A stretch of DNA of 56,742 nt, counting the filler, from Basidioascus undulatus (lineage: Eukaryota): NCBI GenBank assembly GCA_000826855.1. It is 4 parts of 4 records of this genome, joined end to end, with 100 filler letters (N's around TTAATTAATTAA, not from the genome) between each part and the next. Parts side by side here need not be neighbours in the genome. Positions count along the whole stretch, not along the records: positions 1 to 15,800 come from JTLS01000802.1; 3 more parts are not named here. One strand, 5' to 3'. Shown in pieces: positions 1 to 13,259 of this stretch; the first letter of the stretch is position 1, and the number at the start of each line of letters is the position of its first letter. A program made the translations under genes and the position numbers. The notes beneath the pieces are model-generated. The model saw only the letters and a list, made by a program, of their open reading frames with translations, did no database searches and was not told the DNA's origin.

Positions 1-3000
1 CAGCGCCGCTGAGCCGACGGAGGAGCAGGCAAGAAGGAGCTCGGATTTGGCGAAGTATGAGGAGAGGGAGGACGAGGACTTCGAGGATGTGTTTGGGAAG
101 GCACCGCCGGGTACGTTGGGCGATGGGAAGGTGCAGATGGAGAGGAAAGGGCAGGTACTGATTGGACGCTTTGAGAACAGCAGCGAATGGAATGTCTGGT
201 CAGACGCTCCAGCTGACGACGAGGCTGTCGAACAAGTCTTGGGTACGCTCAGACTGCTCTCGACCCCTTTCAGGCGAATGTATACTCACCCAGAATACTC
301 GCAGCTCGGCGACGACTTCCCGGACGACGAAGATCCCTTCGCGGAGGTACGTCCGCCGAGAATCGCCATATCGGCTTGCGCTTATTCCCTACCTGCCCAC
401 ATCAGATCGAGGACGATTTCGCCGAAGCTGACCTCGAGGCCAACCTGCTGCGCGATCGGCACGCGCGCTTGTGCGCAGCCGTTGTGCAGCACATCGCCGA
501 GCTCGAGCCGGGCGCACCGGACTTTGAGCTCAGTCAGGCGGCAGATAACCTGGTGCGATGCTCTTCTTCACTCGAAGTGCCTGCCGTGGAGAGACTGACT
601 GAACTGCCGGGTCTGCGTTAGATCGCGATCCTGAACGACTACCCCGAGATGATGCAACAGCTCGTTGCGGCGCACGGGATGCTGGCTATTCTGGAGGTGC
701 TCGAGGCGAAACCGGCCAAGGACGTGATTGGGAAGCTGCTGCGGATCGTAAACACGGTGCGATGGTCCTGATTTCGGTCGGTTCTGGGATGCGTGAGCTG
801 ATGCGGTTTTCGCTGAACAGATCGTCGCGGCCGACCCGGCTGTGCTGGAGAGCTTCTGTCTCGTTGGGTACGTCGGGGTGTGCGCGCAGTTGTATGCGCG
901 CGTGGCTGAATCTCGTATGCAGTGGTATCGCGGTGGTCATGGCGTTTGCGTCCAAGCGCTTCTCGCATCAGATCCGCCTCGAGGCGGCGACGTTTGTCGC
1001 GCACGTCTCGCAGACGTCGGTCCTGACGCTGCAGATGTTCATCTCATGCCGGGGGCTCAAGGTGCTCGTCGACCTCCTTGACGAGGAGGCGCAGGACCTG
1101 GTGTTCGAAGCGGTCAACGGCATCGGGAGCGTCTTTGAGCTGCACGTACGTTATGCCGTGCTGCAGAAGATGTTGGGGTTGCTTAGCCGACCGAGTGGTG
1201 GATCACCCTGCAGAGCCCGACTCCCAAGACGGACTTCTGCAGGATCTTCGCACGCGAAGGCCTGCTCGAGCCGCTGTCGAGCGCGCTCGTCAACCTTCTC
1301 CGCGAGCACGCGCCGCAGGCCGAGCAGGCCAAGGCGCAGATCGCACAGATCGTCCTCCTCTTCGCGCAGGTTGCGCAAGGCGACGGCAACGTCCTCCGCG
1401 CGCTGGGAACGAGGAGCATTCTGCGTCGTGCGTCGCTGCCTCTCGCGGAGTGCGCATGAGGTGGCATGCGGGCGTTGACTGACCGGTTTTGTGCGCTACT
1501 CGTGAATAGGCCTCCTCAAGGCTTGCGACAAGCTGGAGAGCGGCTTGCTCGTGACGCTCCTGAAGGCTTTCAAGCACATCGCGACCAGCCCGGCGATGCT
1601 GGAAGTCCTGCAGAACAGGTGCGCGGCTCAGAGCTGAAGCGTGCCTCGATAACAAACGCTGTATTAACGCATACCTATAGCAACGCTATCGACGTTTTCG
1701 TTCGCGTACTGGAGGACCATCAGGATGGCCCGCACGGCACGGTCAGCCTTCCGTTGCAGTTGAGGATCTGCTGTGTCAAAGCTGACGCAGCTTTCTTCAT
1801 CGCATCAGGAAATCTCTTCGCAGATCCTGCAAATCTTTTTTGCCCTCACCCGCCTCTCTCCCGTGCGCCCCTCTCATCCTCTTTCCCCCTTTCCCGGCGC
1901 CCCGCTGACCCTCCGCCGCCACCTGCCAGTCTCGCCAAGAAGAAGCCGCACAAGCGGGTCTCATCCCCCAGCTCGTCCGCATCTACGAGGCGTCCTCGCC
2001 CCTCAAGCAATTCGCCCTTCCCATCCTCTGCGACCTCGCGCACGCCGGCAAGAGCTGCCGCGCGCTGCTGTGGCAGCACTCTGGTCTGCGGCTCTACGTC
2101 TGCTTGCTTGGCGATCCGTACTTCCAGGTCTCGGCCCTCGAGGCGATCCTTGTCTGGTATGCCTCCCCGCGGTATTCGTCTCCCTTCGTCACAGCGGAGT
2201 CTGACGCGCNGGGGGGGGGGGGGGGGTTGCGCAGGCTGCAAGACGAGACGGATCGCGTCGAGGACTTCTTGTTGCAGACGGACTCGCTGGAGGCGCTTCT
2301 CAATCTCTTCATCAGTGCAAAGGTTTGTTATTCTCTTCATCCTAGGCATTCGAAAAACTGATGCTAAGCTGTGGACATCCTTGCCAGGCCAACTCTTTCG
2401 AGTCCGTCCTCGAGCCTCTCATCAAGATCTGTCGTATTTCCACTGGTCCGCCGATTCTTGCTTACATGTCGCAACGCTTCACTCACGTGCGATTGTTTGT
2501 TTACAGGCGTCGCGCTCGGCATCGCCCGCTCCGCGTTCTTCAGACGCCTCATCGATCGACTCGGTCACGGCAAGGCGTTGGTTCGCCTCAACCTCCTTCG
2601 TCTTATGCGCGCCGTCTGCGATGTCCACCCGAACCGCCTTGCGCTGGTTGAGAAATTCGATTTGCGTTCGGTAAGTCACACCTTCATCTTGATTATGCCA
2701 CCTTCCACCCCTGCTCATGGGCTCGTGACTATCAGCACGTCGAGCGCCTTGCAAAGAACGACGCAGCCATCCTCGTGCGCGAGCTCGCCAAGGAAGTGCT
2801 CTCGTCCTTCCCCGCCAAGCCGGGTGGTCTTCCCCTCACTTCCAGCATCAGCCGATCCGTGCTACGGCGGACGGCGTCCGAAACGTCTGTCGGTCCCCCG
2901 CCGCTGCTATCAGGATCGCATCGCCCACGACGCAAGCTCGCGCGGCAACAGATCGTGGACGTCTTCCCAAATCTGGACGGCTTGCCGAGTCCAACAAGGA

Positions 3001-3050
3001 AGGTCTCGGCCGCTGGCTCGGCGCCGTCTGGGACTCGAAGAGATTATTAG
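1..3050 (+). CDS. Cdc15/SepH/Cdc7-like septation-initiation kinase, C-terminal armadillo-like region (5' end and kinase domain outside window)
   Basis: Splicing at GT..AG introns gives EDPFAEIEDDFAEADLEANLLRDRHARLC, TLQMFISCRGLKVLV, RLSPSRQEEAAQAGLIPQL, PLKQFALPILCDLAHAGKSCR, DPYFQVSALEAILVWLQDET and KALVRLNLLRL..AILVRELAKE, which are characteristic of the fungal SepH/Cdc15 C-terminus. Stop TAG at 3048-3050. Confidence 0.88.
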
Positions 3051-6000
3051 GTCTTAGTGCCACCCCGCATCACGAACCGGTCGCGCACTCGTTGCATTTG
3101 CCCCTCTAATACTCGCATCTTTCCGTCACTTGCCTTCCAACCTCTCGTTCATTTCTGTACTCTCTTTCAGTCATACCAGTCGCTACTGCATGCATTCATA
3201 CCCACGTCGACCTGCTGGCTGCTTCGGGCGGGCGACGATCAGGGAATGTGGGCTGGGCCGACAGTAGCGGCGCAGCCCGGTCCAGCGTTCATGCAGGCAG
3301 CACCGACACCGGTGGATATGTGCTGGTGAAAAGTTCGCTTTGCTTCTCGGATACATGCGGACAACTCATCTTACTCGCGCATCGCACACGTCAGTCACAC
3401 AGCCCTAAAAGTCTCGCATGAAGTAAGTGTGAATGGATTTTTGGAGGGTGCCGACCTGTGGATATTATTCTACCGCGTTCAAAGCGCTGAGAGAAATTTA
3501 AACACAGGCTCACCCTGACGGTGCCACACATCGCTTGGGATTGAATTTATGGGTTCCGCCTCTTCAGACGAACAATCTCGAGCTCACCGTCCAACAGATC
3601 CAGCGTAAGATCCTGCAGCACCAGCGGAGTTACTCTTTGCATGTAGAATTTCCCTCCCGACTCCAAAATGATGCGCGCAATGTCGATACCCCACTCGGAC
3701 TTCCATCCCCGTAGCTCCCATCCCGTTAGCTCCCATCCGTGCATGGCGAGCCAGATGTGAGTCCTACTTGCAAAAGTCAGGATCGAACCGCTAAGCAGCA
3801 ATGAGGGGACACTACTGCTGCAGCCAACCTGGATGAAACCCGATGGCAAGTTCCGACGTTGTTTGCCCTTTGTCTTCTCAATGAAATGGCGCAAAGTCAG
3901 CTCATGTCCTTCGAGAAGGAGAAGTTAGGATGGCAATGAATGGACGCACCGTCTTACCCAGACGTCTGTCTCCAGTCTCTCGCAACAAAGACACGAGCTT
4001 GACTGACTGTCGCGCAAGAGCTATCTATTTAGCGTCTCGGGACGCGCTGCTCCCTTCGCCGAGCCTATCAGGAAGGATGCCGCGAGCGACTAGTTGGTCG
4101 TTCTAGGCAACGTACTGCCGGAGCTTGGCGAGTCGATAGCGAGCCCTCGCTTCTGCGCGAAGCAGAGGATCGAACGAAGGCGCAGGGGTTCCAATTATAA
4201 CTCCCATGATGAGCGAGTATCCTGAAGGGTCATCAGACGCATAGAATCACCGCGTTTTTGTACGATCCCTCGGGAATGCGCAATCGGCCCTGCTTTTAAT
4301 CGAGTCGCAACAGAAGGAGTCTGGCAGGGAGACAATACCTCAGTTTTAGAGGTAAGTTCTCTGTCGTTATGGTGAATTCGTCTGCGTGATCGATGGACAC
4401 TGGCCCTTGAGCGGGTTCGGGGCGGGGCGAGCGTGACGCGAACGGGCGCGCCGCCGCCGCGGCCAGAGACGAACTGCGGTTCGAAAAGAGACTCGATCGA
4501 TTGGTGAAGACCGAGGGAAGAGCAACGCGCATGAGGATCTTGGGTTTTGAGGTGAGCGAGAGGCAACGTTATGGATGGTGCGATGGGGAAAGCGCACATG
4601 ATGATGGACCAAAGGCAACCAGCGTGCCAGCGACTCGGAGCGCGCCGAGGCGCCGCGGAGGCCTGCAAGGCCTACAACTTCTCTTGAAAGGAGTAGCGGG
4701 TGCCTGCCCAGCATCACTTGCAGCACCATCTCCAAACTTCCCTCTCATGGCTTATAGGCCCGAGTAGAGAAAATCTGGGTGAATCCAACATAACTCGACT
4801 TGAGCGATAACGTGAAAAACGGCATCCCGAGAGGGCAGGAGCGGGTGTGACCCATGCTACGAGCCAGCGGCCCCTCCCAGTCGCCTGGCGACCCAAAGTG
4901 GCAAAGGAAAAACCGACTCTTTCGATTTATCCTGGGAAACTGTCCAAGGTATGTCGGTGGACCCACGAGTTACACCTCGTACCTGAGGGCAACGGAGCAC
5001 GTGAAATGTGGTGACAGACTGCCAGAGAACAAGAACCTCCGTGTTTTCGAACTGGCACCACCGTGGGAAGAAACAGTCCTGTTGGAACTTGGTGACTGAG
5101 ACTCTTGTTTTGAGGGACTGCAACGTGGGGGAGCCCAAAGAAGTTCAAGAAGGGGTAACTTCAATAATATTTTTTTATTCGCATGTTCAGTCAGCGTCAT
5201 ACGGCATTGAGTACACAGACAGCGGAGAATCTGGAGCTCCTTCCGCCTGGTCTGCTCGTTCGCATACGGCCAAACATCCCGGAGATTCCGAACAGCTTTT
5301 GTGAACATTATTGAGAAGTCTTAGAGTGCCAATTATTGGTCCATCATCATCTACGCTCTGCAGCCTTCCGATTGAGGAAGCGGCGGCATTCAGGCCTGGG
5401 CCATTATCGCAGCGGAAGGACACCGCGTCCGACCCGATCCGACCCTTATATGGGAAGTGTATATACAGTGAACAGTGCACTTAACCAGACATCATTCGGC
5501 CTTTGCCGGACCGACCAGCACCTCGAACAGCAGGAGCCGTTGGAGGGTTAAGATTGCATGTGGACTGTCGATGGATCATTCTTCAATATCTATGCTCATA
5601 CGTACATCAAATGACTTTATAAAAATATTCAGCTATTACTTTCTCAGATCGCCGATCCCCTCACTATCGCTCCCCGTGCGATGAAGCGTCGCCCAAGGCG
5701 GTACCGGCAACTGCACTGAAGCTGGAGGACGTCCACCAGGACTGAGCCATGCAAGACGGGAAGAACCTGTAAGTAATTTCAAAGACTGTTATGAAGTTAT
5801 ATCCTTCCCCAACGGCTTGCGTCCCAACAAACTAGGCAGTGTTGCTGTCAATGAAAGCGTGCAGCCCCACCGCGGCTCACCGCGACCCGGGCCAAGGAGT
5901 TCTAAAGTTCCTCCCTACAGCCTGCGCTACGGCCAATACCCAAAGAATATTAAGCATTGAAATAACCGCTTTCCCTTTGACCTTGCCCGAAAATTATACC

Positions 6001-6569
6001 TCGTCTGGATCACGAGCCAACATTCCCCGACAATGTGCCAGGATCACATCCCTCCGACGACCGCGAACCTTCAGTTCCTCCCAGTGGGTATGGACTGTTT
6101 GTGCTGAAAGAAGCTGCTGATAAGATTTTACAGCAACAAACGACGCAACGAGTTGGACAAGCAGCAGTCCGTATCACCGTGTGTCCCCAACGGTCCCATC
6201 CGGTGGCTACTCAGGTTGGCTCGGACCAGGTTCGCGCTCCCTTCGACGACTCGCTTCGTCTCCAGCATTGATTCTGGCTGAATGTTGCTACCAAACTATT
6301 CATGTTCGGCATCGCATTCGTTGCAGGATCTGTCGGGAACGTTTCATGTTGAGAAAGAACCACGCAGGCAGCCAGGTTGAAGTGCGGGGTGGAGGCCTGG
6401 ACTTTCGTAAGCTGTTCGCGAAACGTGGAATCGCCACGGGCGGCTGGCGGCTAGCCGAAAAATCCTGCGGCCGCGCGCCTTGCTCCTCTTTGCCCTCGAA
6501 CACCCCCTCGTGGTCGCACCCCCTCCTCCTGCCTCTCGTCCCGCCCCCGTTCCCCATCGTCCCCTTCAA

Positions 6570-6768
6570 GTACGTCGCAGGGCGTGCGCTATTGATCCTG
6601 GGATTCAGGAAAGCTGATTGGGAATCTGACTTCCCTCACATCCCCCCCTTCGTCCTACGTCTTCCTCCTCCCTCCGTCTTTGCCACCTCACTGCAACCAC
6701 CATCTTACAACTCGCCGCTCGCCTATTCTCTTTCGATCAAACTCGACCGTTCGGACCCTTAGTAACAG
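6570..6768 (+). other. Probable 5'-UTR intron of eEF2
   Basis: GTACGT donor at 6570 after a pyrimidine-rich leader, CTGAC at 6626-6630, AG acceptors at 6762/6768/6774 immediately before the ATG at 6775. Confidence 0.65.
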
Positions 6769-6774
6769 GTCAAG

Positions 6775-9700
6775 ATGGTGAACTTCACGATCGGTGGGTC
6801 TTGATACGTTTTTCGAGGAGCGGCGGTGGGAAGGGGCGAATCCTCTCCTGGGCCGCCCGATCTCACGCCGCAGCGAGGCTGACGCGGGCCCCCCCTTTGC
6901 AGACGAGCTTCGTGCTCTGATGGACAAGCCTACGAACATTCGTAACATGGTGCGAAGCGCGCGCGGGACAATCTTGTCGGCGGTAGACGCCGCTCTGGCC
7001 ATCTTTTCCTGACACGTTGATTCCCGGGCAGTCCGTCATTGCGCACGTCGACCACGGCAAGTCCACCCTCACGGACTCGCTCGTCTCTAAGGCCGGCATT
7101 ATCGCCTCGGCCAAGGCCGGCGACATGCGTTTCACCGACACGCGTGACGACGAGAAGGAGCGTGGTATCACGATCAAGTCGACCGCCATCTCCATGTTCT
7201 TCCAGGTCGCGAAGGAGGACATGGGCGCGATCAAGCAGAAGACCGACGGTGCGTTATCGTTGGTGGGACGGGAGAAAGCGGGGCAGAGCTGACGCAAGGG
7301 CGGTTTTCAGGCCAGGACTTCCTGATCAACCTCATCGACTCGCCGGGTCACGTCGACTTTTCGTCTGAGGTTACGGCCGCACTCCGTGTCACCGACGGTG
7401 CCCTCGTCGTCGTCGACTGTGTTGAGGGTGTCTGTGTCCAGACCGAGACTGTGCTCCGTCAGTCCCTCATCGAGCGCATCAAGCCCGTCGTCGTCATCAA
7501 CAAGGTCGACCGCGCGCTTCTCGAGCTCCAGGTCTCCAAGGAGGACCTCTACCAGTCCTTCTCGCGTACGATCGAGTCCGTGAACGTCATCATCTCGACC
7601 TACGTGCGTTCATTTTTGCTTTTCCTTCCCTGGCGACGGTGGACGACTGAAATCTCTCCCTGTCTTCAAGAACGACGCCGTTCTCGGCGACTCCCAAGTC
7701 TACCCTGACCAGGGCACCGTCGCGTTCGGCTCCGGTCTCCACGGCTGGGCGTTCACCCTCCGCCAGTTCGCCGGCCGCTACGCCAAGAAGTTCGGTGTGG
7801 ACAAGGACAAGATGATGTCCAAGCTCTGGGGCGACAACTTCTTCAACCCGAAGACGAAGAAGTGGACCACGAAGTCCACTGACGCTGACGGCAAGCAGCT
7901 CGGTAAGATCATTTCGTGACACGACAGCGGCGCATCTCATGTGCTTTGACTGATACTGACGTGACACCCCTCGAACAGAGCGCGCGTTCAACATGTTCGT
8001 CCTCGACCCGATCTTCCGCATCTTCGACTCCGTCATGAACTTCAAGAAGGACCAAGTCGGCCCGATGCTCGAGAAGCTCGAGGTCAACCTCACCTCCGAC
8101 GAGCGCGACCTCGAGGGCAAGGCCCTCCTCAAGGTCATCATGCGCAAGTTCCTCCCCGCCGGCGACGCGCTCCTCGAGATGATTGTCATCAACCTCCCCT
8201 CGCCCGCGACCGCGCAGCGCTACCGTGTCGAGACCCTCTACGAGGGCCCGCTCGACGACGAGTCGGCCGTCGCCATCCGCGACTGTGACCCCAAGGGCCC
8301 GCTCATGCTCTACGTCTCGAAGATGGTCCCGACCTCCGACAAGGGCCGCTTCTACGCTTTCGGCCGTGTCTTCTCCGGCACTGTCTCGTCTGGCCCCAAG
8401 ATCCGCATTCAGGGCCCGAACTACGTCCCCGGCAAGAAGGACGACCTCTTCGTCAAGACGATCCAGCGTACCGTCCTCATGATGGGCCGTTATGTCGAGG
8501 CGATCGAGGACTGCCCGGCCGGTAACCTCGTCGGTCTCGTCGGTGTCGACCAGTTCCTGCTCAAGGTGCGTCCTGTGTCTTCGTCCGCCCGCCGTCGCTC
8601 GCATGCGTTGCTGACTGAACCCTCCGTCTTCCAAACAGTCCGGTACCCTCACCACCTCCGAGACCGCGCACAACATGAAGGTCATGAAGTTCTCCGTCTC
8701 GCCCGTCGTCCAGGTCGCCGTCGAGGTCAAGAACGCGAACGACCTCCCCAAGCTCGTTGAGGGTCTCAAGCGTCTCTCCAAGTCCGACCCGTGTGTCCAG
8801 ACCTGGATCTCCGAGACCGGTGAGCACATCGTCGCCGGTGCCGGTGAGCTCCACCTCGAGATTTGCTTGAAGGTTTGTCGCTCGTCATCTCTTCGTCCGC
8901 CCACGTCTCGCTCACGCTTCTCGGCGTATCATTCTACAGGACCTCGAGGAGGACCACGCCGGTGTCCCGCTCAAGAAGTCCGACCCCGTCGTCGGCTACC
9001 GCGAGACCGTCCAGGCTGAGTCCTCCATGGTCGCGCTCTCCAAGTCGCAGAACAAGCACAACCGTCTCTACGTCAAGGCGCAGCCCCTCGAGGAGGAGCT
9101 CTCGCGCGACATCGAGACCGGCAAGGTCAACCCCCGCGACGACTTCAAGACTCGCGCCCGCTTCCTCGCCGACGAGTACGGCTGGGACGTCACTGACGCC
9201 CGCAAGATCTGGTGCTTCGGTCCCGACACCACCGGCCCTAACCTCCTCGTCGACGTCACCAAGGGTGTCCAGGTACGTCGTTTGCGTCCTCTCTTTCCCC
9301 GTCCCGATGCTGATGCGCCCGCTCGACTCGCAGTACCTCAACGAGATCAAGGACTCTTGTGTTGCAGCGTTCCAGTGGGCGACCAAGGAGGGTGTCTGCG
9401 CGGAGGAGAACATGCGTGGTATCCGCTTCAACATCCTCGACGTTACCGTACGTTGCGCCTCAGCCTTATTACCTAACCGCACGATCGCTTACCTCCCTTT
9501 CCCTGCACAGCTCCACACCGACGCCATCCACCGTGGTGGTGGCCAGCTCATCCCCACTTGCCGTCGCGTCTGCTACGCCGCCGCCCTCCTCGCCAACCCC
9601 GGTCTCCAGGAGCCCGTCTACCAGGGTGCGCCTTCTCCCTTCCGCGACCCGCGGATGCACCGTGCTGATTTCGCTGCTCGTTTCCAGTCGAGATTCAGTG

Positions 9701-10231
9701 CCCTGAGTCCGCCATGGGTGGTATCTACGGTGTCCTCACCCGTCGCCGTGGCCACGTCTTCTCCGAGGAGCAGCGCCCGGGTACCCCCATGTACACCATC
9801 AAGGCGTACCTGCCCGTCATGGAGTCGGTGCGTTGCTCTCGTTGTCTCCTCACATCGCTTGGCGGCGTCCCGCTGACTTGCTCGCCACCTCCCACAGTTC
9901 GGCTTCAACGCGGCGCTCCGTGCGGCGACCGGTGGCCAGGCCTTCCCCCAGTCCGTCTTCGACCACTGGGAGCTCATGAACGGCACGCCAATTGAGAAGG
10001 GCTCGAAGGCAAGTTTTAACGCTATCCACGACTTTTCCCGTCATCTGCCGCTGACTCCTCGCATGCTGTTTAGCTCGAGGCTCTCGTCCAGTCCATCCGG
10101 ACGCGCAAGGGTCTCAAGCCCGAGGTTCCCACTCTCGACCAGTACTGTGCGTCTTGTCCGCCTACGTTGACTATCCAGTCGAGCCGCATCTTGACGCATG
10201 CCTTCCCATATCCGCAGACGACAAGCTCTGA
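6775..10231 (+). CDS. EFT2: Translation elongation factor 2 (eEF2), multi-exon
   Basis: Spliced product [39 protein letters not shown]...RGITIKS...[12 protein letters not shown]...NKVD...[12 protein letters not shown] (diphthamide His)...YYDKL*. Strong C/G-ending codon bias. One GC-AG intron at 10009-10073. Confidence 0.99.
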
Positions 10232-10618
10232 GTGCCGGTGGGTAGCTGGTGACAGGGACGGTTTCCTTTCTCTTTTGTTTGTTCGATCATAGCGTGTACA
10301 CGACTGAGCCATACGACGCATGCGCCCATTTTCTTTTTCTCTCAACCCATCTACGCGTATGCCCGAGTGCGACCGAGTCGGGTCGCTGTGCCGATCCAGC
10401 GAATCGCACCGCATTGAGTTACCCGGGAGAAGCACGGGAAGCAAATAATAAACATGGAAGTTTTGGCAGGCACTGCAAGTCTGGATCACGCAAAATAAGA
10501 ATATCTGATGACATGGTTTGCGGACTACAGGACGGGTATACGGGATTACATGCTATCAACACCACAGGTCGAAACGGGAATCAGGGATACTCTTCGCGTC
10601 CAGCCGACAGTCGTGCGC

Positions 10619-13259
10619 CTACTTCTTGCTGTTGTTGTTTCCCAGCGCCGCTCCGTACGCCACAGCGTATCCTGACGCGACGCTCCCGCCGACGTCCTGC
10701 CCGCCGACAAAGACGGCCTTGTTGCCGTAGGCCTCGATCTTCTTGACCTCGTTACGCTGCGCCTGCATGTGCTGGGCGTGCCCGACGGGAACGCCCTCGT
10801 CGGCGAGTGCGCGCTGAGTAGTGGGAAGTGGAATAAGGTCATCATAATAGCGTTGGAGTGCGTTTGGAGAAAGAGATTGGGCGTACCATGCGGGTAGCCT
10901 CGGCTTCGGCTTTGGCAGCGAGCTCGGTCGCCTCAGCACTGAAGATCGAGCAGCACGTTCAGCGTGTGCCGCAACCAGCCTGTACGAGGAGAAGACTTAC
11001 CGAGCCTTCGCTTCGGCCAGGATGGTGTAGGCAGCGGCATCCGCGCTGTAAACGCGGCAGGCAGGTGAGCCTGACGAACAGGGAAATCAAGGGGAACTCA
11101 AGGCGCTGCGATGTACAGCGTCTTGCGCTGCTCCGCCTCAATCTCGGCGACGCGAAGAGCACCTTGCGCCTTCTTTTGGGCGGTGTTGTTCTGCACAAGG
11201 TCTTTCATCAGCTACCTCTCCCGGAATATCTGACGGTGGACTGCTGTTCAACGCACCTCACGCTCCACGTTCGCGCTCTCCACCTGGGCCTGCAACGCTC
11301 GAGTTGTAAGGTCTGAAAGTGATGGACTGTCAGAGCGGTTATTCATGATGTGAGGGGAAAGATGCTGACTGTTCATCTCCCGCTCGATCTCAGGCTTGAA
11401 GCGGCGGTCGATAACGGCGAGGTCCTTGAGCAGAATGCCGTAGTCGGTAGCGGCCTCGTGCATCCTGTTGAGTGGGAGGGAAGCGGAGTCGGGGAGGTGC
11501 TAGGGAAGTAGAGGAACAGGAAGGAGAATTGAAGAACTCACTCGTCCATCGCACGCGCTTTGAGCGCATCGAGGAAGGGCTCGCTCGAGCTCGCCTCGGG
11601 CGCAGTCTGCAGCCCGTCGGCGATGGTGCGGTGCTGGATCACTTGCGAGTACCTGCGATGAAAAGGTCCATAAGACTGCGCCTTTAGGGTGAAATTATGG
11701 TGATCAACGTACTCGAGGTGGCCGACAATCTGGGTAAGAACCGACTTGGCCTTGTCCTCGAGCGCACGGAAGGGCGAGGTGTAGCCGTGCGTCGTGAGCT
11801 TGAGCGGGTCGAGCAGCTGCCACTTGAGGTAGATCTGTAGGTCCGCGTCCAGTCAGCGTTCTGTTACCTAGAGCTCTGATGGAAATTCGGTAGTCTCGCC
11901 GTCAAGTCGACCGGCACTTGGTCCTTGGTGTACATTCCGCTGTTACAGGTGCGTCAGTCATCACAGGTCAAGGGGAAGTTTAGAGACGAAAAGCCTACGG
12001 AATCTTGAGCTCCGACTGGTCCTCGCCTTCGGACCACAGGAGCGTCAGTATGTGAAAGACTGCGATGTTGGAGATACGTCAACTTACCCAACGTGAAGAA
12101 CGCGCGGAACGTCGTGCCGGCACCCGTGATGACATGCTGCCCGGCGGGGAGGGTGAGGAGCTCGTTACCGCGCTGCAGTATCGCGACGCTCTTGTGCGGG
12201 ATGTCGAAGAACGAGGCTGCGAGGAACGTCGCATTGCCCGTCCGGCCGAACACTTGCTTGCGGAAGCCGAGCAGCTCCTTCGTTTGCGAGTCGTAGATCG
12301 CCGCCTCCGTGCCGAGGTTGATCGTGTCGACGATGTCGATGACCTTTGAAGTGTGAAGGCTTCGTCAGTGCATGTGGTTCGAGGAGAAGGCGGTCCGATA
12401 CTGACCTTGTACGAGCCCCACGAAACGAAGCCGCTGTCCCGAATGACGAACGTCTTGTTGCTCGGGTCTGTTTCCTCCCCAGAGTTCTATGTGAGCTTTG
12501 GATAAACATTAGACTTGATGTCACGCCGACATACCCGCGACGACGGCCGCCTGGGTCTGCGACATCTGAACGATCAACAAGCCGTTGAAGTGGATCTGGG
12601 GAGAGTTGCTGCAGCGCCGCAAGGAGATTGATTAGGGACGACCGGCCATGAAGAATATCCACGGACATACGCTTCGACAGAGGCCGCCCACGTCCGGAAG
12701 ACCCAGTCTCCACCCCACCACCACGAGGGGTACCGGCCGGGCTTGAGCACGACGCGCGGGCTGCCGTTGTGCGAGTAGAGCCCGATCTGACCACTAGTAG
12801 TCGCATCTACGTCAACCTTGGTCCAGAAACGGATGGGGACTGCTGGGGTCGAAGCAGACGTACGGCTTGACCTCTTGCCTGCTCATCGTCCACGAGCTAC
12901 ACTTGCTCACGAGGCGCGTCCCCACAGTTTCCTTGAGCTGCTTGTCCAGCTTCTTCAGCGCGCCAAGGAGACCGCTGCTGCGCTCGATGCCGACGAAGAG
13001 AGGGAGGGTACGCTCGAGCCTGAAAGGGGTCTCCGTCAGATTAAGTCGTTCAGTCGAGATGAGCGTCGCAGCGCACACACTCTGCAATGTCCGCGAGAGC
13101 CTCCTCGAGCGTGGGCGGGTTCGCAGAGCTCGTCGAGCCGGTCGGAGCAAGATACTCGCTGACGCCGCGGCCCTTGCCCTTGCTCGTGGGGAGGAGAGAG
13201 GACTGCTCTTCACCGACGACGGTGGGCGCGTTATCGTAGTCGAAGTGCGTGGAGGACAT
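10619..13259 (-). CDS. SPFH/band-7 domain protein with N-terminal beta-repeats and C-terminal Ala/Glu coiled coil
   Basis: Spliced product contains MYTKDQVPVDLTIYLKWQLLDPLKL, YGILLKDLAVIDRRFK (SPFH core) and the AEAKARAEATELAAKAEAEATRM helix. GC-AG intron at 11835-11899. Confidence 0.85.

Noticed and set aside
2210..2226. N followed by a poly-G run as a G-quadruplex or regulatory element
   Set aside because: Lies at an assembly ambiguity inside an intron, so the run length is unreliable.
3547..6270. Short ORFs between the kinase and eEF2, including a 15-bp imperfect repeat encoding GWELT/GWELR
   Set aside because: Splice-like signals exist but I could not build a phase-consistent gene or recognise a motif; at most a gene relic.
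7590..9482. Long antisense ORFs over eEF2 (and similar ones over the HAD, ACAD and ATG18 genes)
   Set aside because: Shadow ORFs caused by strong GC3 codon bias on the coding strand.
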